Shown here in pieces: positions 27,101-36,353 of a stretch of 64,000 nucleotides of DNA. The notes beneath the pieces were generated by a model, which was not told the DNA's origin, searched no databases, and worked only from the letters and a program-made list of their open reading frames with translations. The stretch is taken from positions 1 through 64,000 of the forward strand of contig NZ_JABBYO010000008.1 of the NCBI RefSeq assembly GCF_012958305.1, read 5' to 3'. The translations under genes were made by a program, and so were the position numbers. Each line of letters begins with the position of its first letter. Within the stretch, counting starts at the first letter, position 1. The DNA is from Tautonia rosea. GTDB lineage: Bacteria > Planctomycetota > Planctomycetia > Isosphaerales > Isosphaeraceae.

Positions 27101-28075
27101 TTACCCACCGGCTCCCGAAGACCCCAGCGCGAAGGTCCGCAAGAGGCCATCGGCCACCAACCACCAGCCATCGACCAGCACGAACAGGGCCAGCTTCAAG
27201 GGCAAGGCCACCTGAGCCGGGGGGAGCATGATCAGCCCGGTCGCCGCCAGGACGGCCGAAACCACGAGATCGACCACCAGGAACGGCAAGTAAATGAGGA
27301 AGCCGATCCAGAGCGCCGTGGTGAGTTCGCTGATCAAAAACGCCGGGGCCACAACCCGCAAGGGAGGCGAAGCGACCGGCGAGGGGCTTCCGTCTCCGTT
27401 GGTCTCTGCCTCGGTCGCGATCGGGTCTGCGGCCGCATGGACGGAGAGGGCGTCGAGATAGTGACTGTGGCCGGTTCGGTGGATCTGATCGAGCATGAAG
27501 GTTTTGATCGGTCCGGAGCCGACCTGCCAGGCCTCCTCGACCGGCAGCTCGCCATCGGCGTAGGGGCGGATGGCGTCGCGATAGACGGACTCGGCGGCGG
27601 GAGCCATGACCATGGCCGTGAGGAGCAGCGAGAAGACCGTGAGCACCTGATTGCCGGGGACCTGAGGACTTCCGATCGCCTGACGCAGCAAAAGCAAGAC
27701 GATGTTGATTCGAACAAATGCCGTGGCCATCAACACCGCCACGGGAGCGAGCGAAACGGCGGCAAAGAGGCCGACCGTTCGGGCGACGCGCTCGACCTCG
27801 GCCCGAGCCGTGGGAGGGTCGGCCGACGTGTCGTCCGCAGGAGTTGAGGACGGATCGGACCCGGCGGCAGGATCGACGGTTGAGTCAACCGAGCCGGACT
27901 CGAAGGCGGGGGCCTCGGGGTCGACTCCGATCTGAAGGATCGCGGACGCCATCGGCGTGGTGTCGAGTGGCGAGGTGGCCGCCTCCTGTCCGGTGGAAGC
28001 GGACGAGAGCGCGAACAGCAAGGCCACTGACATGCACACACAGGCAGATCGAACGATGGTTCGTTTCATTTGCAA
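27101..28075 (-). CDS. fliP: flagellar export protein FliP
   Basis: Signal peptide followed by conserved FliP motifs LPLKLALFVLVDGWWLV and FLISELTTALWIGFLIYLPFLVVDLVVSAVL. Confidence 0.85.
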   Translation of the reverse strand: MQMKRTIVRSACVCMSVALLFALSSASTGQEAATSPLDTTPMASAILQIGVDPEAPAFESGSVDSTVDPAAGSDPSSTPADDTSADPPTARAEVERVARTVGLFAAVSLAPVAVLMATAFVRINIVLLLLRQAIGSPQVPGNQVLTVFSLLLTAMVMAPAAESVYRDAIRPYADGELPVEEAWQVGSGPIKTFMLDQIHRTGHSHYLDALSVHAAADPIATEAETNGDGSPSPVASPPLRVVAPAFLISELTTALWIGFLIYLPFLVVDLVVSAVLAATGLIMLPPAQVALPLKLALFVLVDGWWLVADGLLRTFALGSSGAGG

Positions 28076-28521
28076 TCGTCCTGCAATGCGTCGCCGGGGT
28101 GGTGCGAATTGGGCGTTGAGGGGGAGGGGTCGAGTTCCCCGAGGAGCGATGGGGCTCCCTGCGGGCCGACGCCGACGATCAGGGTCCGATCGCCGGCTCG
28201 GAGCAAATAGACCGCGTGCCTTCCCGTCAGATGAGCCCGGCCGACCACGCGCAAGACCCCCGCGGACCCTGTCGGTTTTCTCCGGGTCCCGAGCACGATC
28301 CCAACGCCGACGATCGCCAGGACGGCCGTGAGCACAAGGCTCACGGTGGCTGGGTCGCCAATCCCCCCCCTGCCCCGCAACGCCTCGGCGGCCGGAGCGC
28401 CGGGCTTGACCGCCGGTTCCTGAGCTGCCAGTGCTGGGGCAAGGATCAGGACCAGCAGGAAGACCAGACTCGGCCGGGCCATTCGGGTCGAAGATCCACG
28501 GTGGTCTGCGCCTTGCATCAT
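28066..28521 (-). CDS. fliO: flagellar protein FliO-like (start uncertain)
   Basis: Small single/double TM protein directly upstream of fliP, with VLRVVGRAHLTGRHAVYLLRAGDRTLIVGV resembling the FliO C-terminal region. Confidence 0.5.
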   Translation of the reverse strand: MMQGADHRGSSTRMARPSLVFLLVLILAPALAAQEPAVKPGAPAAEALRGRGGIGDPATVSLVLTAVLAIVGVGIVLGTRRKPTGSAGVLRVVGRAHLTGRHAVYLLRAGDRTLIVGVGPQGAPSLLGELDPSPSTPNSHHPGDALQDDCK

Positions 28522-28637
28522 CGTGCGCCGGTCGGTTCGGGGGAAAAACGGGCGGGGATGTCGCGATCGGGCGATGAAGACCATGATTGATTCGCGTCGT
28601 GCGGGCTCCGGTCGCTCGGCATTCTTCGACGATCGTT

Positions 28638-28695
28638 CGGCCCCCTCACCCGGCCTTGCGGGCACCCTCTACCCGGTGGGCGGGGGAGAGGGATG
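28638..28695. repeat. second copy of the GC-rich palindromic element
   Basis: CCCCCTCACCCGGCCTTGCGG...GGGGGAGAGGG. Similar to 12878-12986. Confidence 0.35.
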
Positions 28696-28731
28696 AGCAT
28701 GCGTAGGGTCCGTCGTGCAGGAGGTACCCTA

Positions 28732-29298
28732 CTAGACGAAGATGGACTCCCGGCCGGCGGGCTCGGGGAGGGTCAGTTGTCCTCGGTCGTGCAGGCGGCG
28801 GAGGTGCTCGGCCAGTTCGGACTGGGCCGACTCGGCATCGTCGAGCCGAAAGGGTCCAAGGGATTCCATGGTCTGGTGAAGGGCGGTGGACGACTCGGGC
28901 GGCAAGGCCTCAAGCACCTTCTGGCGTACGGGACGAGCGGCACCGGCGAGGGCCAGGGCCCAGACGGTCGCGTCTTCGTCGTGGTAGGCGGTCCGAAGGT
29001 CGCGGTCGCTGAGCTTGACCACGTCGTCGAAGGCGAACCAGAGTCGGCGGAGTCCGAGGTCGAAGAACTCGTCGAGCACGCGGCGCTGCTCGACCGGGTC
29101 GATGCGGTCGAGCCGGGCGATCTCGAGCGTGACAGCCTCGACGGCGGCGCGATCAAGCTCGGCGAGCAGTTTCGAGGCGAGGGGTTGTTCCAGGCTCACC
29201 ACGAGGATCGCCGCCTTGCGGATGGGGGGGATCGGATCGCCAGGGCGGCCAGAGGTTGCTGAGACATGCTCAGGACCGTCAAACGCGGTTGTGCTCAT
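28732..29298 (-). CDS. fliG: short FliG-like flagellar motor switch protein (188 aa, middle domain apparently missing)
   Basis: N-terminal AAILVVSLEQPLASKLLAELD (FliG-N helix) and C-terminal ...TVWALALAGAARPVRQKVLEALPPESSTALHQTMESLGPFRLDDAESAQSEL (FliG-C torque-helix region). Follows fliF with a 4-bp overlap. Confidence 0.5.
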   Translation of the reverse strand: MSTTAFDGPEHVSATSGRPGDPIPPIRKAAILVVSLEQPLASKLLAELDRAAVEAVTLEIARLDRIDPVEQRRVLDEFFDLGLRRLWFAFDDVVKLSDRDLRTAYHDEDATVWALALAGAARPVRQKVLEALPPESSTALHQTMESLGPFRLDDAESAQSELAEHLRRLHDRGQLTLPEPAGRESIFV

Positions 29299-30869
29299 GT
29301 GTCTGCTCCCTGTTCAACCCATCGTCGGAGCACGGCCGCGGCCGCGGAGGGATCACTCCTGACCAGTTCTCGGACACGATCGGCCGGGCCAGGAGTGTCG
29401 TCGTCTGGCATGGGAGGCAGATGCGGACGAGACGTGCCGGCCATCGCCGACGAGGCACGCAAGGCGGGCCGACGGCCGGAGAGCCAACCGCTGGCCGCGG
29501 CAATCAAAGCAAGCCCGGCCACGCCTCCGAGCACGGCCGCGGGGACCCACCAGAGGGCAGCTTCCTGGCGAGCCTCACGCACGATCGGGCGCGGCGTGTC
29601 GGGTTCATTGGGCAAGGGTTGCATGAGAATCTGCACACGTCCGAGCGATGTCTCGGGAATCACGTGAGCAATAATCGTGCGCACATAGTCCTCGGTGAAC
29701 GCGACGAAGCGATCAATCGCGTTTTGCTTTGGCTCGCGAGCGTTGAGAAACGCATCGTGCCGCGCCAGGTAGTACGAGGCCGGAACCTTGACCAGCACAT
29801 TCGCCCGAGCGGGAGGCGGCTCGGCGGGGACCGGGCTCGACGCGGCGGGGGGTTCGGAGGCCATCGATTCGGGGGGCGGATCGAGCGACAGCGGGCCGTT
29901 CGGAACCACCTTAACGATCATCGACGAGGAGGGGGGAGCGGGCGAAGCGAGCGGAGTCGGCTGAAACGTAGGGGCGTCCTCGTCGATCGTGGGGACGACC
30001 GGCGCGGGAGGATCGGAGTCGATCGGCGTGTCGAGGCGAACCTCAACCAAGGCGCCGTCGATGACTGGGGAGAGCTGTTCGGCAATGGCCGCTTCCCAGC
30101 TCCGGGCCAGGGCTTCGGCTCTCATGCTGCGGGCGAAACCGGGGTCTCCGGCCTTGAGCAAGGCGTCTCCCTGGGCGTCAATGATGGTCACGTCGTCGGC
30201 CTTCAACTGGGTGAAGGTGGCGATGACGTTGAGCACGCGATCGACGGTGGTGGGTGAGAGGGACCGGCTGCGATCGGCCCGGAGATGGACCCCAGCGCGG
30301 GCGGCTTCAGGTCGGGCGAAGGGGCGGCCGGGTTTCGGCATCAGGACGACGACGGCCGACTGGATGCCGGGGATTTCCTCCAGGGCACGTTCGATTTTGC
30401 GGGCCTCGGCGCGGAGATGGATCTCGGTCCGTTCGGTGGCGTCGGCCATGAGAGGGGGGCGAGTCGGGTCTTCCACTTCCTGAATCAAGGCACGGCGGCT
30501 CAACCCGAGCTGGTCGAGCACCTTGAGCGCCTCGGCGAGACGGGCGGGAGGAACGGAGACGCGACCCCGGTCATCGGCCTGAGCGTCGATTCCCTTGAGG
30601 GCCAGCTCGTTGAGCAGGGCCTCGGCTTGATCGGGAGGAAACGCTCGACCCTGATCGAGCCACTCGGTCTGATCGGCTTTGGGGGTGAGCAGCGACGAGG
30701 AGACCAGGGCAACGATGGCGACGAGAATGGCGAGCGCGGCCACGCGGTAGGGGGCCTGCTGTCGATCGCGGAGCCAGCCTGAGAGCCCCTTCAGCCGCTC
30801 TCCCAGCCGACGCCTCCCGGACCCCGGGGCTGATCTGGCCCCGCCCGGCTCGCGATCTTCGCTCCGCAT
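29295..30869 (-). CDS. fliF: flagellar MS-ring protein FliF
   Basis: 524 aa. N-terminal TM, YscJ/FliF ring-building motifs (IQSAVVVLMPKPGRPFARPEAARAGVHL, DDVTIIDAQGDALL) and a C-terminal TM. Confidence 0.8.
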   Translation of the reverse strand: MRSEDREPGGARSAPGSGRRRLGERLKGLSGWLRDRQQAPYRVAALAILVAIVALVSSSLLTPKADQTEWLDQGRAFPPDQAEALLNELALKGIDAQADDRGRVSVPPARLAEALKVLDQLGLSRRALIQEVEDPTRPPLMADATERTEIHLRAEARKIERALEEIPGIQSAVVVLMPKPGRPFARPEAARAGVHLRADRSRSLSPTTVDRVLNVIATFTQLKADDVTIIDAQGDALLKAGDPGFARSMRAEALARSWEAAIAEQLSPVIDGALVEVRLDTPIDSDPPAPVVPTIDEDAPTFQPTPLASPAPPSSSMIVKVVPNGPLSLDPPPESMASEPPAASSPVPAEPPPARANVLVKVPASYYLARHDAFLNAREPKQNAIDRFVAFTEDYVRTIIAHVIPETSLGRVQILMQPLPNEPDTPRPIVREARQEAALWWVPAAVLGGVAGLALIAAASGWLSGRRPALRASSAMAGTSRPHLPPMPDDDTPGPADRVRELVRSDPSAAAAVLRRWVEQGADT

Positions 30870-31091
30870 AATCGCCCCGCCCTTTTTTTTGCTCGATCCG
30901 CGGTGTGCAAGGCTCGAACCGAATCGAATGATTCAGAGCCAGGCCATCCGATCGGATGCGACCACAGCGATGCCTCGGGGTTGAAGGTGCTCATCGAGGA
31001 CGGCGAGAGCCGGCCGAGCGCCATTCATTCCGAGCGGAGCGAGTTATCCGACAAACCCCGGGTCTTGTCAATCGCGGCAGCAGGTCCGGGG

Positions 31092-31132
31092 AAAATGCGG
31101 GCGGGGCGGCCTCCCGGTCAGGAAGGCCGCCC
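31092..31132 (-). terminator. rho-independent terminator for the upstream minus-strand secreted-protein gene
   Basis: On the minus strand: GGGGCGGCCTtcctgaccgggAGGCCGCCCCgcccgcaTTTTcccc, about 100 nt after the stop at 31237. Confidence 0.5.
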
Positions 31133-31236
31133 CGTAGGTGCGGAATCAGGAAGGTGGGTTCATGCTCGATCACAGCGTCGGAAGCACTGCTGGCAGGGCT
31201 TTACGATGCGATCGCCCGAATCGTGGTACCACTCGA

Positions 31237-31845
31237 TCAGCGGGTGGTGCCGAACAGCGAGGAGCCGAGACGGCCGTAGGCGCTGGGGACAACCGGGGCC
31301 TCGGGGGCGATGTCGGTTTCCTCAGCAGGAGCCGGCTCCATCATGCCAGGAGCGGCAGGAGCAGCCTGGCCGGAGCCGTAGGCCTGGCCGGTGCCATAGA
31401 CAGCGCCGGTGTACTGAGCGGTCGGGGTGACGAGACCCTGGCCGGTCGGGTAAACGGCGTGGCCGTAGTCAACGACCTCAGGGGCGCAGCCCTTGTTGTG
31501 GTGGAGCATGCCGAGCAGGCCGCCACCAACGCGCTTCTTCTTCAGAACCCACTCGTACTCGTAGCACTTGGGCGGGATCTTGGGCAGTTCGATCTTCGGC
31601 AGGCAGATTTTCGGCAGGCTGATGTGGGGGAGCTTCAGCCCACAGTGCTTGGGGGCCGGAGCGCAGACATCACCATATCCCTGGGCCGTGGGAAGAACAC
31701 CCTGGCCGCTCGGGGCAACGTGCTGCGGAGCAGCCACAACCTGCGGAGAAGGCATCAGGCCGCCGTGGCCGCCAGCCAGGGCAACGCCACTCGTGGAGGC
31801 GAGAGCGAGGGCCAGGCAGACGCTCAAGGTCAAAAGCTTCGACAT
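31237..31845 (-). CDS. secreted repeat protein, hypothetical (LPKI repeats)
   Basis: Signal peptide MSKLLTLSVCLALALASTSGVALA. Short repeats KLPHISLPKICLPKIELPKIPPK, Gly/Gln/Tyr-rich. Codon usage differs from its neighbours, with more GTT/GCT/CCT/CTT codons. Confidence 0.45.
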   Translation of the reverse strand: MSKLLTLSVCLALALASTSGVALAGGHGGLMPSPQVVAAPQHVAPSGQGVLPTAQGYGDVCAPAPKHCGLKLPHISLPKICLPKIELPKIPPKCYEYEWVLKKKRVGGGLLGMLHHNKGCAPEVVDYGHAVYPTGQGLVTPTAQYTGAVYGTGQAYGSGQAAPAAPGMMEPAPAEETDIAPEAPVVPSAYGRLGSSLFGTTR

Positions 31846-32450
31846 GGGAGAGCAATCTCCTCAAAGATTCGGTCTGCACGCGATCAACATGGCCGATCGG
31901 TCGGTCGGCGTCATCGCGATGCAATTCGGTTCGAGATGGACTGGGACCTCACTTCGGCAGACGTTCCCGGCGTCTGGGGCCGACCGGCCCGACCGTCATC
32001 AGGTCACCCCCTGGGGTCTCGATGCTCCCGAGTCCTCGCCGCGGCGATCCCTTGGCGAGCCACCCGTTGTATCGTCATCCCCGGGCGGTCCCTTGAACGC
32101 CTTCCCCCTTTTCTGACAAGGGTTTAGGGCGAACGGACTTGCCGGTCGTCCCGGTCCGAGAGCCGCTTCCGCCTGGGTAAACCGTGACGCCCAATCAACC
32201 GAAACGACCGCGCAGACCGGAACCCTTTCGGCACCGCAATCCACAGGCTTTCGCCGATCCGTTGAGCTTCTCAGGGCTGGCTCGCAACGGAAATTCTTCA
32301 ACCCGCAGGAAGCCCCGACCCATGGTGAGGGCGAAACGGAACCAGGCCCCTGACCTCGCTCAGCCCGAGTGATCGGGATCGGAGGGAGATCAAGGGCCTG
32401 GCCGGTGAGTCGAAGGGGATCCGCTCGTCCGCGGAAGACCGCGACTTCGC

Positions 32451-34277
32451 TTACCGTCGGGAGGCGGGTTCGACTTGCTCATCGTGTCGAAGATCGGCCG
32501 AGGCCGACGCGAGCCCCTCGGCCGGATCGACCCGGAGCAGGATCAGCTCGTTGCGTTGGAGGTCGGGTTCGCGGTAGAGCTCGGTAACCTTGCCTTGCAA
32601 GGAGGGAGAGAAGCGATCGTAGACGCGGTCGCGGATCAGCATGTAACTGGTCGAGCGGTCGGGGTCGGCAATCCAGCCGAGCAGGGTATTCAGATCGCGC
32701 TGGATGCGAAGCTGAGGGTCTTCGATCAAAAGGCCGCGCTGGGCTTCCATGAACAGATCGTGCGCGTCGTTGGTTTCGGGCTGACTGCCGGGAACCGGGG
32801 CCAGGTTTCGATCGCGGAGATAGAACCAGAGCCCTTCATCCAGCTCGTGAAAGAACATGACGGTGGTCTGGTCTAGCGGAACGATCCGCTCGATGGTTGC
32901 GGCTAGCGGCCGATGACTCTGGTTCGAGACGACCGGCCGAGCAATGGCACCATAGATGATCAGCACACTGCACGACACCGCCCCGGCGATCGGGGCCAGC
33001 GCCATGCCTTCGGCTCCTCGACGCCAGGCCCAGGCCGAGCCGATCACTCCGATACTGACGACCACGGCCAGGCCCACCGCAGGAGTGACGAGATCGGGCA
33101 TGCGCTGCGAGAGCACCACCGGAGCGGCACAGGCAATGACGAACAGAGCCACCCAGGTCGTCTGCAACATGAGCCTCGGGCCGAAGGCTCCGGTCCGGGC
33201 CGCTCGGGCGAGGCGGACCCATTCGGATCCCGCCAGAAGGGCCACGGCGGGCAGACAGGGGACGTAATAGTTGGGTTTGGCCACCGACCAGGTGCTGAAC
33301 ATCAAGAGATTGGCGAAGGCCCAGAGCCAGGCGAACCAGATGGTCGGCCGGGTCGATCGCCCTTTCTTCGTGAACGGGAGGACCAGGGCCATCAGGGCCA
33401 AGGGGGTCCAGGGCATCGCCATCCAGAACCACTCGGCGGCCAGCGGAGTTCGGCGGCCATGATGCGTGACGCCGGCCGATCCGACCTTCTGGCCGATCTC
33501 CAGCCACCAGACGCTCAGGGCATCAAACCGAGCCACCAGCACCGGGACCGGCCAGCAAAGGCAAAGCCCCAGCATCAGGAGGATGCCTCGCCAGTCGGCC
33601 AGCGAGCGCACTCCCGGACCGAAGCGTCGCGAGAGCATGAGATAAGGCAGGACCGTCAGCCCGACCAGGACAAGAATCACCGGGCCTTTGGTGAGAAACC
33701 CGAGCCCGATCGCCGCGTACATGACCAGCGTCCATCGGGAGGACCCCCGCTCGTCGGCCGGCGCGGCCAGCTCGGCTCCCTCGCGATCACCGTGCAAGCG
33801 TCGCCAGGCGGCGTAGAGCGCGAGCGTGGTGAAGAAGGCGAGCGGGCCGTCGTTGCCCGCCTGACGGTGCTCGGTGATCACATAAAAGGTGGTACAGTAC
33901 GCCAGTCCCGCGGCAAGGCCGACCGATCGACCGCCGAGCCGACGGCCCAGCCCGTAGACGAGCAAGGTTACGCCGACTGCCGAGAGGGCCGAGGGCAGCC
34001 GGACCATCAGCTCATCGCTTCGGCCACTCACGAGCATCAAACTGGCGCTGACCCACCGGGGAAGGGGAGGCTTTTCGAGCCGGGGGCGACTCTGAATATC
34101 GGCGATGAGCCAGTGGCCGTGCTCGACGGTGTCAAGCGCCTCGGCCGCGGCTCGTTGCTCGCGTTTCCCCCAGAGATCGACCGCGCCGAGCAACCCGAGA
34201 AAGGTTGCCAGGGATGCAAGAGCCAGAACCGCCTCGGGCCCTCTCGAACGGATCCAATGCGAAAAACGAAGCGGCAT
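32451..34277 (-). CDS. GT39 family glycosyltransferase (ArnT / PMT_2-like, polyprenol-phosphate-sugar dependent)
   Basis: About 608 aa polytopic protein. WGKREQRAAAEALDTVEHGHWLIADIQSRPRLEKPPLPRW is the ArnT/PMT periplasmic-loop signature (DE...KPPL). Confidence 0.7.
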   Translation of the reverse strand: MPLRFSHWIRSRGPEAVLALASLATFLGLLGAVDLWGKREQRAAAEALDTVEHGHWLIADIQSRPRLEKPPLPRWVSASLMLVSGRSDELMVRLPSALSAVGVTLLVYGLGRRLGGRSVGLAAGLAYCTTFYVITEHRQAGNDGPLAFFTTLALYAAWRRLHGDREGAELAAPADERGSSRWTLVMYAAIGLGFLTKGPVILVLVGLTVLPYLMLSRRFGPGVRSLADWRGILLMLGLCLCWPVPVLVARFDALSVWWLEIGQKVGSAGVTHHGRRTPLAAEWFWMAMPWTPLALMALVLPFTKKGRSTRPTIWFAWLWAFANLLMFSTWSVAKPNYYVPCLPAVALLAGSEWVRLARAARTGAFGPRLMLQTTWVALFVIACAAPVVLSQRMPDLVTPAVGLAVVVSIGVIGSAWAWRRGAEGMALAPIAGAVSCSVLIIYGAIARPVVSNQSHRPLAATIERIVPLDQTTVMFFHELDEGLWFYLRDRNLAPVPGSQPETNDAHDLFMEAQRGLLIEDPQLRIQRDLNTLLGWIADPDRSTSYMLIRDRVYDRFSPSLQGKVTELYREPDLQRNELILLRVDPAEGLASASADLRHDEQVEPASRR

Positions 34278-34952
34278 CGTGACTCGCCCTCCCTGGCCGT
34301 CGCAGACGCTGCTCAACCTGCCGCCCGGCGACACGGCGCGGCGCGGGCTGGTCTCTCGAATGATGTTTGGTGCACCATAGCCCAAGGCATCGCGGCCGAC
34401 AAGGGGAACCCTCTCGGCAAGGACGATGGGGATTGAAGCGGTCGGGAAATCGAGTGTCAGTAAAGTACCCGACCCGCTTGGCCTGACTCACATTGCGTCG
34501 ATTCGAGAAAAAAAACCGGGAATGCCAGGCAATCGGCCCGTGTTGACAGGGTTGCGGACCTTCGGGTATATCCCAGCCCCAATCAACTTGATGTGCGATT
34601 CGCGAGTCATCGTGCCGCAATCGCCTCTCAGGTTGACGACGTCCGGACCCTTCACGTCGACACTCGCTTCGGTGTGCTGGGGGTTTTTCGAGGCGTCGGA
34701 AGGACGCACGGATGCGATGGCAAGGGGGCATCAACGGGCACAGGGATGGCCCGGCCCCCTTGCATCACGACGCGTGTACACGTCTTTCCTCGGTCAGCCA
34801 ACGGGGAATGTTTTGGTCCGACGCACCGCTCCCCGTTTGTTTTTTCCGGAAGCGATCGATTGCGTCGAGCGTCTGTGATGATCGCCCATCCCGGCCGGTC
34901 CCGACGCACCCGAGGCCGAATCACACGTCCGCCATGGAAGGGGGATGGCCCC

Positions 34953-36353
34953 ATGCGGCTCGCCATGACCAGGATCGTCGCGCCACCCCGTGCGCCTCAC
35001 CGTCGGTTCGTTCGCGAGCGCACCGAAACGCAACCGCAACCCCAACCCCGATCGCCAGGACTGTTTCCTGGCGAGCCGGAAACCTGCCGACGGAGCCTCC
35101 GGCACTTTTTGCCGGTGATGCTTCAGCTTGGTTTGCTGGTTGGGCTTGCAAATGTGTACAACCTTGAAGGTCGGGGCTTCCACCTCTTGCTGGCGATCGC
35201 AACCGCGGCCCTCCCGATTCATTACGCCCTGCCATTTCGCTGGAAGAAGCCGTTTTTCGTGGGCGCTTCGATCGTGGGGCTTGTCTGGGTCTTCGGCGCG
35301 TCGACCGCAGTCGTGGTCTTGCCGATCGCACTGGGTCTGATCGGCCTTTGTCTGGCCCCCCTGCCCTGGCAGGCCAAGGTATTGGGGGTGCTTGGGGTCG
35401 GGGTTGGGCTGGGCCTGATTCAGGCGGGGGTAATCGAGTCGAGCCTGCCGTCGCCGGTGCTGCCCATTCTGGGAACGATGTTCATGTTCCGGCTCATCAT
35501 TTTCCTGTATGAGCTGAAGCATGCCCAGCAGGCCGAACCAACCAGCGATGTGCTGAGCTATTTCTTCCTGCTGCCAAATTACTGCTTTCTGCATTTCCCG
35601 GTTGTTGACTACCGGACCATGCAGCGCGGCTATTTCTCGGGCGAAGTTCACGCCGTGCAGCGCGATGGACTGAAGATGATGCTCAGGGGATTCGTCCACC
35701 TGATGCTCTATCGGTTCGTCTATCATGAATTGTTGATCAGCCCTGAGCAGGTGGCCGGACCCGGCAGTCTGGCACGATTCCTCACGTGCAATTATCTGCT
35801 CTACCTTCATGTCTCAGGGCAGTTTCACATCGCGTGCGGCATGCTGCATCTGTTCGGCTTCAAGCTGCCTGAGACGCATCATCATTATCTGCTGGCGACG
35901 AGTTTCACCGACTACTGGCGCCGGATCAACATCTACTGGAAAGACTTCATGGTCCGCGTCTTCTTCAATCCGGTGGCGTTCCGCTTGAAGCGCCGACCGC
36001 AGTGGCAGGCCCTGGCCGCGGCAACGACCGTGGTGTTTGTCGCCACGTGGTTCTTGCATGCGTACCAGTCATTCTGGCTGAGCGGTTCGTGGCACTTCAG
36101 CGTGCCGGATGCCCTGTTCTGGAGCATTCTGGGCGTGTTTGTGCTGATCAACGTGCAGCTTGACGCCCGGCGATCGCGGGTCCGCCGCAAGGCGAAGACA
36201 ATCCCTTCGACCTCGGCCCGAGTGCGGGGAGGACTGGTCTGGTCGGCCAAGGTGTCGGCGACATTCGTGACGATTGCCTTGCTCTGGTCGCTCTGGACCA
36301 GCCCGAGCCTCGATGCCTGGCTGGCGATGCTTCGCCGGGGGATGGGGTCGTGA
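34953..36353 (+). CDS. MBOAT family membrane O-acyltransferase (DltB/AlgI-like)
   Basis: Polytopic. MBOAT hallmarks FTDYWRRINIYWKDFMVRVFF (FWRRWHI-like) and conserved His in LHLFGFKLPETHHHYLL. Start uncertain (ATG at 34953 or 35118). Confidence 0.7.
   Translation: MRLAMTRIVAPPRAPHRRFVRERTETQPQPQPRSPGLFPGEPETCRRSLRHFLPVMLQLGLLVGLANVYNLEGRGFHLLLAIATAALPIHYALPFRWKKPFFVGASIVGLVWVFGASTAVVVLPIALGLIGLCLAPLPWQAKVLGVLGVGVGLGLIQAGVIESSLPSPVLPILGTMFMFRLIIFLYELKHAQQAEPTSDVLSYFFLLPNYCFLHFPVVDYRTMQRGYFSGEVHAVQRDGLKMMLRGFVHLMLYRFVYHELLISPEQVAGPGSLARFLTCNYLLYLHVSGQFHIACGMLHLFGFKLPETHHHYLLATSFTDYWRRINIYWKDFMVRVFFNPVAFRLKRRPQWQALAAATTVVFVATWFLHAYQSFWLSGSWHFSVPDALFWSILGVFVLINVQLDARRSRVRRKAKTIPSTSARVRGGLVWSAKVSATFVTIALLWSLWTSPSLDAWLAMLRRGMGS

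Noticed and set aside
28732-30869. Possibility that the flagellar genes are pseudogenised remnants overall
   Set aside because: fliF, fliP, fliQ, fliR, flhA, flhF, flhG and fliA all have intact full-length ORFs with conserved motifs. Only flhB (C-domain missing) and fliG (short) are atypical, so I treated those individually.
30870-30900. T9 run (ccccgccctttttttttgc) that looks like a terminator
   Set aside because: It lies just upstream of the fliF start on the opposite strand, and the hairpin before the T-run is weak. It is more likely an A-rich 5' UTR or RBS region for fliF than a terminator.
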